Positions 51,350 to 64,000 of a DNA stretch of 64,000 bases are shown here, one piece after another. The notes under the pieces are model-generated. The model did not search any database and had not been told where the DNA came from. It saw only the letters and a program-made list of their open reading frames with translations. The position numbers and the translations under genes were made by a program. Source of the stretch: Octopus vulgaris (lineage: Eukaryota); NCBI GenBank assembly GCA_951406725.2, contig OX597814.1, forward strand, positions 34,038,001-34,102,000, written 5' to 3'. How positions within the stretch are numbered: the first letter of the stretch is position 1; every line of letters begins with the position of its first letter.

Positions 51350-52800
51350 CATATTTTGTATTCATTGCTTTAAATCTCCAACATTTAAATTTATTTCTTT
51401 ACAGCTTTTTACATTAAATGGGTAATTGTTATCTATTAGACCATTCATTCTATCTAAATAAAGTGATGAATTAATGGTTTAATAGTCTAAGAGGTATTCT
51501 TACATTTTAGTACTTTCATTGTTATCTTGTCTGAACACTTTAAAGTCATCAGCAAAAATACTGTAGGTAATTTTAATTGAAAATCATATGTCTTATATGA
51601 AGACAACAAATAGGTTTGTGCCTAACAGAATCTTGGAGGTATTATTCTTTACATTTTTCCTGTTCAAGTATCTATCATTAACACAAAGTGTTTGTCTTCT
51701 TCCTACAAGGATGTCACTGACCTAGTTACAAATGTTCATTTGCACTTTCAGAGCCTAAACATTTGATAGACAGTGGCAGAATGTTGAATTAACTATTTTG
51801 CTGTAGTCAGTATATATCAGGGGTGAGGGAACCCTCGCCCATGGGTGCAATTGTGCCCGCAGGCTGATATACTCATATATATACAAAATGTTGTAAATTT
51901 TTCAATTATAAAATTTATACAATATACGTACACCTATTTGCAACATAGGTTGCGTTTCCACTATGACTTAAAATTGTTAGACTTGAACAGAAATCATCCA
52001 GCAATTACCATTTGAATGAAAATTTTGTTATCCTTATAAAACACATATTGCTAGGTTTGTACCACCCCCTTGAAACCCAACTACCCTCTAGCTGAAAAAT
52101 ATAGAATACCTCATGAGTAATATAAACATCCTAAATTCAGAGGTGGTGTTAATGATGTTAATCATTAATTTAATGTGTTAAACTTATCTTTATTAATGTA
52201 TATCAAATTATATATATATATACATATACATACACATATACACATACAAGACTTGTACAGATATAAGAATTAGAACTTGTGACGTGCCTGCAGACCTTTT
52301 TCTTTGGAAATTTTTGCCTGCTGCATTAAAAAGTTTCCCCACCCCTGGTATATATATTAATAATCATATGAAGCCTTTCAGTCCAGACTTCTATAGGGTT
52401 ATGGTTTGGCAGTATTATATTGTTTCCTAGTAAACAGGTTCTTGATTATATTGTTAGCAGACATATCTCTGACAATAGATTCAAATAATGATAGATGTTA
52501 AGCTGAATGATCTATAACACATATCACCTTGAAGTTAGTCCTTTTCTTGTGTATAGTTCCATTATATATAATTGTGCATCAAGCACAATACACAATTCTT
52601 TCCATACTTTTCTTGAATACCCCTTGGTAAAACTGAGTTCTGGAAATGCACAACTGGGCCCTTCATTCAATTTCCTTCTCAAGATACACTCCACCTCCTA
52701 TTATCTCTCTAACTCTAGCTCTTCCTTGATACCGCTTATTTTGCATACCACTCAGAACTGTTTCACTTGTTATCCATCCTTTATCCATTAACAATGTTCT
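51350..52800 (-). mobile_element. Old CR1-like RT remnant split by a hAT MITE
   Basis: Minus strand FADD at about 51545-51556 and an IYTDYSK motif at the MITE insertion site. Confidence 0.55.
51818..52347. mobile_element. hAT-type MITE
   Basis: TIR CAGGGGTGAGGGAAC / GTTTCCCCACCCCTG; 8-bp TSD GTATATAT (51810-51817, 52348-52355). Confidence 0.9.
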
Positions 52801-55150
52801 CTCTACCCATACTTTCATTGATCAAACCCCACACTGCTTAGGTGGAATATGATCAATAAAATTTTCTCTCTTCCTCCACCACTATACATCTCTCTCTCTC
52901 ATATTATACTTGCCCCTCTCTCTCTCTCTTCCTCCTCACCCCTGCAAGCTACCCAACCACATGTTATCTCTCTTGTCCTTCCTCTATCTACCGTGTAATC
53001 TGTATTATTACTATTCTGCTACTCAACTCCTGCATCATTGGTCATCTTCCTCTCCTTATCTACCACCCTTCAACCCCACTCAGTCTTTACAGTTGTTGCA
53101 TACCTCCCCTCCTATCATTCAATCTCCATCTCTCACCTTCTCATACACTCTTGCTACCTTTACACATCTTGGTTCCTCTGTCTCCTCTAACTTTTACTCC
53201 TCTTCAGAGCCCACCAGGACACCACTGTTACTTTTATCTAATTTCAGCTCCACCTGATCTCTATCAAACTCTTATCTAAAATGTCTGAAGCCGTGTAGCT
53301 CCTTTACAGCAAGAAATCTGTTCTACTCTGACCCCTCCCCTCATACTTTAATTCCTTATGTCCTAGCATAAAGCCACCCCACCTCAAGTCTCATAGTCTT
53401 GCAAGCTGCATGGTAAACTCACAAGTACTGGTAGCATGAAAAAAGTACCTAGTGTCTGCTGTAAAGTGGTTGGCATTAGGAAGGACATCCAGTTGTAGAA
53501 AGCATGCCTAACTAGATACTGGAGCACAATGCAGTCTTTGGACCCACCAGATCCTGACAAACTGTCCAACCCATGCCAGCATGGAACATGGACTTTAAAT
53601 GATAATGTTGAGGATGGTGATAAGCAAGAGGTGTCTAAGAACATAATCTAATTTTTATAGTATGTGAAGATACCTCCTTGTATGGCAGGCATGCTTTTCA
53701 ATTAGTGAAGTCCTAATTTTACAATGACATGTTTATCAAGAAAGAGGTGTCCTTCAAAAATATATGGGGATTTGAGTTACAATGCAGAGAGCTTCTGTGA
53801 AGGCTCTACTGAATAGTTGGTTTAACATGATACTTTATTCTCTGAAGAAACAGCCTTGATTCTGTTAAATGTTTCAGATGTTTGGATTAAGTCACTGCAT
53901 TCAGCTTAGACTTATATTTAACACGCTTGAAAGGTTTCTACTTCTCTTCTATACTTTGCTTGGCTTGTCTCAAATCTATATCAAGGTTTGTTCAGTGTTC
54001 TTAAGTGATATTTGGCAACACTGTGAAATGATATATAATTACCAAATCCATTCTTTGGTGATTCTCAATTTGATTGGGTTATAACTCATAAATGTTTGCA
54101 TTTAGATGAAGAGTGTTGACTTGGAATTCAATCTTTGATTAGCTCAACTGTGTTAATTATGAACTCAGTGATTTAGCATCTCACCACAAGATCTCTGACA
54201 CTCTGCTTTTATAATTGTATAATCAAAATGAAAATAGTTGAAACACTTTTGTAGAGCTATTTTGACCTGAAATATGATGAAAATTAATTTAAGAAGAGAT
54301 ATATAATTACCATTATATAAGTATTCCATCTCAAATTATGAACCGTATATTTTTAATTGGTTAAGATTCCGGTGGCGGTGGCTTGGGGTTTCTCCTGTCC
54401 AGTGATTTATGGGTTTGCTAACATACTGGTGAAAACAAGAATATTAAACAATTTAGCTAAACGCCTTGAAATGTGTAAGGTTACAAGTTGCAAGTAAGTT
54501 TAATTATTTCCATTTAACACCTTTGGTAATTGTGTTAGAAACTAATCTGGTACTATAAACACAGCTTTTCATGTTTATACTTAGACTCCTGTAAGTGTAA
54601 ACATAATATTCAGTCCTTAAAAGTTGTATCAAATCAGAGGTAATTTTTTGATAGCAAACAAACTTTTTGCAATATTGAACCAATTATGGTAGAGGCGCCA
54701 ATATTGTTCATGCTGTTATTAATATCTATATTCAGTGTTTATAAATTTTTAGTAAAACGTCTGATATAGGGTTGACAATGTTTTTTTTAACTATATTTAG
54801 AATGATCTACTGTAAGCCTGAGGAACATTTGTATAAAAACATTTGGGTATTTCCAGACTTATTTTTGCTTAGATTCATAGTAGTTAATCTTGTACTGGAT
54901 TATTGACTATCGATACTGAGGGGCCTTTGTCTTATCTTATATCAGAAAAATTTGATGAGACACACTCCATCTTTCAGTGATCTTCCCACTTTCTATATAA
55001 AGTTTCTCTTAATTATTTCTTCAATTTTCTCCCCACCTCTCTCTTCCTTCACATTTGTTTTCTTGTTATAGAATTTAAATGAATAAAAATATTAAAATTG
55101 CAATTCATAATTTTGCCATTACTGAGATAAATTTCTTTTGTAATTTTCAG

Positions 55151-55281
55151 ATGTTTCTGTTATTAGTCATGTTAGTGGAAGCTTTTGTAATGATATGTCG
55201 TCAGAAGAACCACTTACGGGTGACCAGAGCTGTGAGGCCATTCTTTCTTATGGATTCCTATTATTGCAAAGGCGTTCGAAG
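55151..55281 (+). CDS. TPCN1: TPC1 coding exon 4
   Basis: tttcag| MFLLLVMLVEAFVMICRQKNHLRVTRAVRPFFLMDSYYCKGVR(R) |gttggc; IS3-IS4; phase 0 to 2. Confidence 0.95.
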
Positions 55282-56568
55282 GTTGGCTCCTTTCCTTTTA
55301 TACATTTTTCAAGCAAGATGAAGCTATATTGCAGATATATTACATATCATCTTAATCTGGTCTTCATAGCTTTAATCATCTGTGGTAAATGTGATCACAT
55401 GGCATTGTAAATACCAGAAGCAGTTGTTGTCGTCATCATCATCATCATTGTTTATAATCTATTTTCCATTTTGGCATGGTTTGGATGGCTCGACATGTGG
55501 GGCCTGTGCTGAGCTTCTGTGTTTACTTTGGCGTAGTTTCTGTGGTTGGATGCCCTTCCTAATGCCAACCATTCTACATATGGTATTGGGTACTTTTTTG
55601 GGTCAACTAGCATTTGTGAGCTCACCAAGTAACTTACAAGACAAGACCCCTTAACTAGGGGTGTAGTATTGAGGGGGTAACTGTGTACCAGATATTGTGA
55701 AGTTAAAGTATGAAAAAGGAACAATAATAGGTGTCTTGTTAAAGAGGAGGTACATTGCTTCCCCAGCTGGAAAGAGAAAAAGATGGTAAAGGGAATATAA
55801 AAAGTTGAAGTCTTCTAACAAAGCGTTCTCAGTGGCAGTGGGTTAAAACAATAAATTGGCTAACATACAACTGCGCTTGAATATACCAGTAACTCTTAAT
55901 GAAAAAATTTCAAGACTTGTCTTCCTTTTTCTTCTTCCTTGGTTGCCATGTTGATAGTTGCATTTGAAAATGGGATTGTGAGTGATGTCATGTTTCACTT
56001 CCATGTGCAACATGCAGTTCATTACGCTATAACTGGCATGTTACTGGTATCAGTAGAAGTTGGAAGCAATGTATATCACAGGCAATTCTACTTTTGCTGA
56101 TAGTGTTATCTTATTCTAGGTCAACCTTAATTGAACTGCCTTATGGTAAAAGGTATTTCATCTGTGACTATAATCTTTTTTTCTCCTTCAGACAATATGT
56201 CCTTCCATTTTTTAAGTTAGTAGGATGTAATTTAAGGGAGACTTGGTTGCTGTTTCTAGTATATTGAGCAACCACATACAGAATTATCCAGAGGAAACTC
56301 TGACTCATATCCTTTACATTGTAAGTTCACATACAGAAATAAAGGTGTGGTAATCTATAGAGTGAGATATGTTTCCCAAAATATGATTTTTTTCAGACAA
56401 TATAAAGTATTGTTTTCTCATTCTATCAATTGAAAAGTCAAGATTATATAGAAATATGATTAATTGCAAATGTTCATGTGCATTGAAAAAATGAATGGTC
56501 GAAGAAATTAAGAACAATAATTTGAACAATAAATCACTTTTTGTATTTATTTATGTTTTATTTTCCAG

Positions 56569-56657
56569 ATTTACACGTCAAATCTTTCAATCTCTACGGC
56601 CAATTTTTGACATGCTTCTACTGTTGCTATTTTTTATGTTGATATTTTCTATCTTAG
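56569..56657 (+). CDS. TPCN1: TPC1 coding exon 5
   Basis: ttccag| FTRQIFQSLRPIFDMLLLLLFFMLIFSIL(G) |gtcagt; phase 2 to 1. Confidence 0.95.
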
Positions 56658-56929
56658 GTCAGTAAAACCATATAAATTACTCTTGCCAGAATTTTCTTAT
56701 ATGATTTAATGACTTTACTAATCTATCCTAATGGTGTGTCCTTTCAGTTTATTAGGACAGTGTATATATCTATTTTTCATTATTTTACGAACCATAGACC
56801 CAAATATATTTCTGTATAGCACATTGATATCACACCAGTGGAATTTAGCTCAGCACTGCAAGCAGAAAAAGCACTTGTTAAGTCTTCAGTCTGCGCAGTC
56901 TTGTAAAGGCCAAAGATAACAGTCCCATC

Positions 56930-58100
56930 CTCTTCATCATCATTTAATGCCCATTGTCCATGCTGGCATGGGTTTGACAGTTTGACTAGGGCTGGCAAGC
57001 TGGAAGGCTGCACCAGATTCCAGTCTGTTTTGGTATGGTTTCTAAAGCTGACCACTCCGAGAGTTAATGGGTGCTATTATGTGCCACCGACATGGGAGAC
57101 ATTTTCATGACACCGGTATCTGTCACGACTGTGGTTTTACTTGACTTGGGTTTTTTTCTCAAGCACAGCATAATGCCAAATGGACTCAGTCATTGCCTCC
57201 ATGAGGCCCAATGTTCAAAGCACAGCATAGTGCCAAATGGTCTCGTCCTTGCCACCGTGAGGCCCAATGCTTGAAAGGTGCTTTTACATGCCACTGGCAT
57301 GACATTGGTAGCTGCTGTGACTGCGATTTTAGTTACCTTAATGGGTCTTCTCAAGCACAACATAATGCCAGAGGTCTTGGTCATTGACTCTTTGAAGCCC
57401 AACACTTGAAAGGAGCTCAACTACTTTGCCTTCATGAGGCTCAGTGCGTGAAAGGTGCTTTTTATGCGTCACCTGCATGGGTGCCAATTATGTGACATGA
57501 GCATCAGCCATGACTATGATTTCACTTGGCTTGATGGGTTCTCTCAAGTACAGCATATCACCAAAGCTCTCAGTCACTCGTCATTTCCTCTGTGAGGCCC
57601 AAAGTTTGGAGATAATCGACCTCTACCACAGGTTCCCTCCACAGTTAGAGATCAGCACTTCTTTACACAGCTGTCCTCATCTATAGGCATCAAATTACTA
57701 TATCAGCACATTTGTCTCTCTTCCACACCACATCTGATGCTTCTTATGCTTATCTTTTCTCTCAAGATGCTTTCACTCTGTTGAACATGCATACTAACAT
57801 TGCACATCCAGCGAAGCATACTGGTTTCATTTCTTTCAAGCCTGCACATGTCCTTGGGTGTCACAGCCCATGTTTCACTGCCATGTAGCATACTGTTTGC
57901 ACACAGGCATCATACAGTCTGCTTTTCACTCAGAGAGAGACCCTTTGTTGTCAGCACAGGCAGGAGCTCTCTAAATTTTGCCCTAGTCTTATTCAGAGAG
58001 TTATGCTCTCGGAGCATACACCTCCACTACTAACTTGATCACCTAGGTAATGGAAGCTCTCTATTACCTCTAGCTTACTCCCATGGTAGTTAATGGAGTC
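56930..58100 (-). mobile_element. RTE LINE 3' portion with repetitive 3' UTR
   Basis: MLHGSETWAVT..RLERNETSMLRWMCNV; (GAT)n tail. Confidence 0.85.
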
Positions 58101-60263
58101 TTAAAAAAAATATCCATGATTCAACTTGCTGTGATGAAATGTGTACCTACCTTTGTTACCTTTAATAGTTAGATGGACTGGGCCATTTCAAAGTTAAGAA
58201 TATTGATCTCATACTCAATGCTTTACCAATGGCAGGCTTATACCTCAACAAATTATTAATATTTCTTACTTGCATTTTTATATTAGTTTACTACTACATA
58301 TATCATTACACTAGTCACCATCAAACATATAAATGTTAATAATTTCAAATTTTTATATATGTCCAGTAATTTTATGGGAGGTGGCAAGTCAATTATACCA
58401 GCTCCAGTGTTCAACTGGTACTTGTTTTATTGACCCTAAGAGTTTGAAAGACAAAGTTGACCATAGCAAGGTTTGAACCCAAAACCTAAAGCAGAAGAAA
58501 TACCACTAAGCATTTGGTTCAACACTAACAATTCTGACAATTCACTGCCTTATATGTAAATGATAAGATATTTTTTTTTCCATCCAATTAGCTCAGTCAT
58601 CATCCAGTCTATACATCATAAAACAGCATCACATGGAGTGATTTAAAAAAAAAACATATTGAGAATAATAATTGTTAGGGTATTCTTTTATTTGTTTCAG
58701 TCATTTGACCGTCTCCATGCTGGAGCACTGCATTTAGTCAAAGAAATTGACCCCAGGACTTATTCTTTGTAAGCCTAGTATTTATTCTATTGGTCACTTT
58801 TGCTGAGCCACTAAGTTATGGGAATGTAAACACACCAATATCAATGGTGGAGGGACAGACACACAAATACACACACACAACAGGCTTTTTTCAGCTTCTG
58901 TCTATCACAAGGCTTTGGTTGGCCTGAGGCTATAGTAGAAGACACTTGACCAAGGTGCCACATAGTGAGACAACCTAGAACCATGTGGTTGGGCAGCAAG
59001 CTTCTTACCACACAGCCACTCCTGTGCTTATTATTATTTGATTGGGAATTTATATATGCCTACTCTAAATGAATTCTGCCCAAATTAAAAGTAATATAAC
59101 TGGTGGCTTCAATCTGTCCAGCTTAATACTTAGATGGGCACTTAATTGACAACATATTTCATTTCTGCCTTGTGATTGAGTGGCCAACATTAAGGAGGAC
59201 ATCCAACTGTAGATTAATTTAATTTTTAAAAAGCCATCCCAGATATGCTAGTATAAAATTAAAAAAGCGAAAAGATATAAAGATATTGTCTGCATTAAGC
59301 AAAGCTTTTCAGAAATCTTATTGGAAAACTAACCATCAGGATCAGAACATTTTTAGAAAGTTAGTTCAATTGTTTGACAGTTTTTTCCTGACCCAGCTCA
59401 TTAATGTTATAATATCTTAAGATTCAGTTTTCTCTCCGACTCTCTTCCTGTACATCAATGACCAATTCATACAGTGCATTCACTCACATATGTGCATATA
59501 CATACATCAACACACACACACACACACAAACAAACATGCCTGTCTGCCATGTGTCAGTGAGAGAACTATTATATGTTTGTTGATAAAAACAGCAGCTAAT
59601 CACTCCTCATATATTACTCTCTTAGAAAGATGCAGGACATAAAAAATAATTTAGTTTTAGATTAACATTTCTTGAAAACCATTCATTATAGATTTGCTCG
59701 CTCATGGATGATCTTAGGCAAAACAGCAACCTATCTATCACTAATATATTCAGATACCTAGTCCCATGTAAAAGGTGTCTTATCTCTCTATTTTTTAATG
59801 TTACCTACTAAAATTACCTCTGTTCTTTTGAATCTGCTAATTATATGCTTCTATTGAAATCAAGACAGCGCCTTTTCTTTCCTCTTCATTTGTATCATCA
59901 CCATTTAATTTAGGGTACTATAGATTACAAATGTTAGGAATCAGTAATTCAGCTTTTTGAACCAACTAGTCACTGAAGTTGTAAACATTTTATTTATATT
60001 CCACAAAAGTGATGAGCATTATAGGGTAAGAGTAAAGTACTCTTGAGTGTAATCCCTCACTCATTTCATTTTACCTATATTATTAATGCCCATAAAAGGA
60101 ATGTTGCACCATCCTGTTTTTGCTTTCTTCATAAATTTAAGGTCTAATATTTATATACAACACTAATAAAGATTAATATTAGAAAAAAGGTTAATAAATC
60201 ATGTCTATTATGTTATGAATCTTTCAATTGTTTCAATGTTTTTTTCATTTTTTTTTTTGAAAG

Positions 60264-60298
60264 GATTTTATCTGTTTTCTGACATAAACGACTATACT
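60264..60298 (+). CDS. TPCN1: TPC1 coding exon 6 (35 nt)
   Basis: poly-T..gaaag| (G)FYLFSDINDYT |gtaagt; phase 1 to 0. Confidence 0.92.
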
Positions 60299-61524
60299 GT
60301 AAGTATATAAATTTTTTTATTATAACTTGTTAAAATATCTTCCGTTCTGAGTTTTACTTCTTTTTATAAATATTTTATTAATTCAATTTCAAATAAAAAT
60401 TTGCTGTTATGGATGGTTTTATGTTTTTTCATATTCTTTAGTGTTGTTTTTTATTTTGGGATATGTTTTTGAGTTTTTTTTGAAATTATAATTACTAATG
60501 ATTCTAATTTAAAGTTGATGATAGAAGTAAACCATTTTTTAATCCTTGCAGCCATTATGAGTGTGTGAAATAAGGCATCATGAGCTCTATGCTTGCATGT
60601 CCTGGAATTTATCCTACCATTGTGCATTAAGTGAAGAATTTCACAGATGTTTGTTTGGGATTTCTTTTATATTGTTAGTTTCAGTTTCTTTGCTTAGGAG
60701 AGAAGTCTTAATTGACATTTAATTATTTTTGTTAATTAAGGAAAATCTCTTTATTTTTTATTTAATCATCATCATTGTTTTAGCATCAACTTTTCCATAT
60801 TTGCATGAGTCAGATGGAATTTGTTGAGGCAGATTTTCTACAGCCTGATATCCTTCTTGTTGCCAACCCACACCTGTTCACAAGCAAAGTAATATTTAAC
60901 CCATAGTCAGACATATTTTCATGGAAGACTGGAAACAGTGGACTTTGCTACTATGTCAGTGACATTTATTTACGGGTATCTTGTCATGTCAAGACAAGGA
61001 AAGAGAGAGAAAGAGAGAGACACATGCATACACATGATAGGCTTCTTTCAGTTTCTGTCTACCAAATCTACTCACAAAGCTGTAGTTGGTCCAGGGCTAT
61101 AGTGGAAGACTAAGGTGCCATGTAGTGAAACTGAACCTAAAGCAACATAGTTGAGACAAGAACTTCTTAACCACACAGTCAAGCTTGTGCTTATATTTAA
61201 TTTAATTTGATTTTAAATACAATACTTATCTGTAGATTGAATAGTTTGAACATCATTACGTTTCATTAGTACAAACTAGTTAGAGATATTTTAATTATAT
61301 GTCATTTGGTAAGAACAGGAAATAAAGGTAATTGAAATACATGTATCAATTAAACATCTGATAATACTTTTGTATTCCAATGCTTTGATTTTCATATACC
61401 ATATTTATGTATAATGTACATACCTAATAATAGGCAATGAAATCTTAGGAAAAAATAACTTTTGTGTATAATATGCAGTGACTTTACTGTGTATAAAACA
61501 CATTGACATTTTAATGTATGTAAT

Positions 61525-62151
61525 AACTAGAAAAGCACTTGGAGAGCGCAGACCTCCACCAAGCAGCTTATTTCCACCCATATACACACATGCTGAAAAT
61601 AGCCCAATTTCCCAAACCAACACTGGCAAAATCATAACCTCCTTGGCAGAGTTTAAAAAAATAACACAGCTATATGATTTTTTTTTTAAAAACCCTTAAA
61701 AACAAGAATCATCTGAAGCAGTTATAATACATCAATGACAACAGAAAGCTAGTTTCACCAGACAACTAAAAAGAAACAACAATTACCTAAAACTTGAGTG
61801 ATACACACACAATGCGAGTAAAATTATTACTAGAGAAATGAAAATAAACTTTGGAAACAGCAATGCCACCATAGGTTATGTTGAAATGATGAACGTATTT
61901 TCAAGGGAGATAATCAAAGAACGTAATATTGTAATACTTCATGTAAAGTAAATATAACAAATGAAAACTCCTTCAAGAATCCATAAAATTCCCAGATCAC
62001 TACCAAAATTACATCATCTGTTCCTTGTGCATTACCAACTTGTCCTGCAAGTTTCATCATCAAATACCGCTCACAACTTTTTGAGTTATTTTGCACACAG
62101 ACGGACAAACCAACATCGATGTATAACCTCCTTCCTTGGCGGAGGTAATAA
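61525..62151. mobile_element. Non-autonomous Helentron/DINE-like element
   Basis: 5' AACTAGAAAAGCACTTGGAGAGCGCAGACCTCCACCAAG and 3' hairpin ACCTCC..TTGGCGGAGGTAATAA, with subterminal inverted match ACCTCCACCAAG / CTTGGCGGAGGT. Confidence 0.6.
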
Positions 62152-62960
62152 GTTTTTAGTTAGTTTTATTATAATTGCTCTATGAATACATTGGAAATGT
62201 CTATGCATCCTTTAAAAAGAAATAAATTCAAAAGTGACCTTTGAATTTTGTCTCTGTAGATTGTAAAAGTGCACTGACTGTAAGGTCAGTATTGTGAAAA
62301 TCGTACAGTCATGTTTTTTTTGGAAAATCAATTTGATTTTGATAATGATAATGATGGTGTGCTAATGATAAGTTTATACTCAATTTGTTTTATTAATTTT
62401 TTTTTAGTGAAGAATTCACGGTGGTATTATCACAGAAGTACAAAGTATTTATTATTTAGGTGGAAATTTTTTTTCTAAAACTCTTCTGTCGCATTATTTG
62501 ATAGTATTAAAACCACCATCCAACCAACAAACGAAAAAGTCTTCAGGTTTTCATTTTGAGCACAAGACATTCAGAATCTGACAAAATTGTTTTCTTAATT
62601 AACAAAAAAAAAAAAAAAAAAAATCCAAAATCTCTTTTGATTTAGACTCAGTATTCCAATTATTCCTTTTCCAGAAAGTTGGAACTCCAACCCCGCAAAA
62701 AATCCAATTTAAACTACTCCATCGAATATCTTTCTATTTAATTTCTTGAGACATAAATTGTAATGATACCAATAAGCTAATTTGAACCACTTTATATTCT
62801 CATATGAAACCAGATCATCTGTATCATTGATACTTTTGTCACATCAATTACCCCATCCAGTAAATATGTTTTATCATTGAAGAAAAAAGAATGATATTGG
62901 TGGTGGTGATGTTGGTGTTGTTGATGGCATTATTGTTGGTATCATTGTTGTTGTTATTAT

Positions 62961-63597
62961 TAAGGCAGCAAACTGACAAAGCTGTTACCATGCTGGACAA
63001 AATACTTAGCATTTTTTATGGTTTTATGTTCTGGGTCATCTTTGCTTTTCATCTGGGGTTGATAAAATAAATACCAGTCAAACACTGAGGTTGATGTAAT
63101 TGACTAACTTCTCTTCAAAATTTCAGGCCTTTTGCCCATAATCAAAAGAATATGGCAGTAAGCAGGTAGAATCATTACCACATCACTTAAAATACTTAAC
63201 AGCATTTCTTCTGACTTTACTTTCTTGGCTTAAATTTTGCCATGGCTGACTTTACCTTTCGTCCTTTCGGAGGTCAATGAAATAAGTACTGGTTGACCAC
63301 TGATGTCATCAACTAGCCTTCTCCCATTAAATTTCAGGCCTCTGCTTATAATAGACAGGATTATTATTAGTATTATTAAGGCATTAAATTGGCAGAATCA
63401 TTAACATGTTGGATAAAATGCTCAACAGTTTTTCTTCTGACTCATTATGTTCTGAGTTCAAATCTGCTGAGGTCAACTTAGCCTTTCATCCTTTTGGAAT
63501 CAATAAAATAATGTACCTGTCAAGGAGTGGGGCCAATGTAATTAACTAGCCCCTTCCCTTACAATTTTAGGCATTGTGCCGAAAGTAGAAAGATTTA
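62961..63597 (+). mobile_element. Three head-to-tail family B SINE copies
   Basis: Units start about 62961, 63152 and 63378, each with the TCATC/TCGTC core and AATTT(C/T)AGGC tail. Confidence 0.75.
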
Positions 63598-63648
63598 ATA
63601 TTGTTTCTATTATCATTTTGATTTTTCTTATTTTGATTGTTTCTTTAG

Positions 63649-63707
63649 TATTTCAGTACTATCCAGGACTCTTTTGTTAGTCTTTTTGTTCTACTAACAA
63701 CTGCTAA
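63649..63707 (+). CDS. TPCN1: TPC1 coding exon 7 (pore helix and filter I); gene continues beyond window
   Basis: ctttag| YFSTIQDSFVSLFVLLTTA(N) |gtaagt; phase 0 to 2. Confidence 0.95.
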
Positions 63708-64000
63708 GTAAGTATAATATTCTTTTTTAATTAACATGTTTAACATTTCTTTATTTTGTTGTTTTCTGTCAGAAATTTTATAAGAGGTTTGGCTTCTAAA
63801 TACCATTTTCCTTTTTGAAATATGATAAAATGCTGCTATAACTTAGACTTTTTTTGCTTGATGCATATTGAAAAAGAGAAAAAAGTAAAAGTTGATTGGA
63901 ATAGATCAACAGGAACATTTGAAAATGTATGTTCTTTTATATTGTGTTACTGGATTTTTCACACAAAATTTTTAGCCTTAAAATATTTTGAAGCTACGAT

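Noticed and set aside
53869-54084. ORF containing tttcag|ATG, a possible extra TPC1 exon
   Set aside because: Exons 3 and 4 already join collinearly with TPC1 and this peptide shows no TPC similarity.

Overview
AT-rich, microsatellite- and SINE-dense eukaryotic DNA. The repeat families look like those of a coleoid cephalopod (Octopus); this is an inference from family recognition, not a search result. The only clear host gene is the 5' part of a two-pore channel 1 (TPC1/TPCN1) gene on the + strand. It has seven phase-compatible GT-AG coding exons (20708-20813, 45136-45440, 49575-49688, 55151-55281, 56569-56657, 60264-60298, 63649-63707), reaching the first pore filter (TTAN) and continuing past the window. 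The rest is transposon-derived: a decayed R4/Dong-type RLE non-LTR element ending in (TAA)n, a second RLE family in three pieces, CR1/L2 and RTE fragments, a deleted mariner, hAT/Merlin/piggyBac-like MITEs, Helitron/Helentron-type elements, tRNA-derived SINEs and a 32-bp minisatellite. The most interesting signal is five apparently distinct small, inverted-repeat, Penelope-type elements that each carry a type I hammerhead ribozyme fold. One has an intact catalytic core in the sense strand of TPC1 intron 3, next to its own antisense copy. Another is fused to a tRNA-derived Pol III head and bounded by a 12-bp TSD. All alignments and folds were done by eye, so boundaries of old repeats are approximate.
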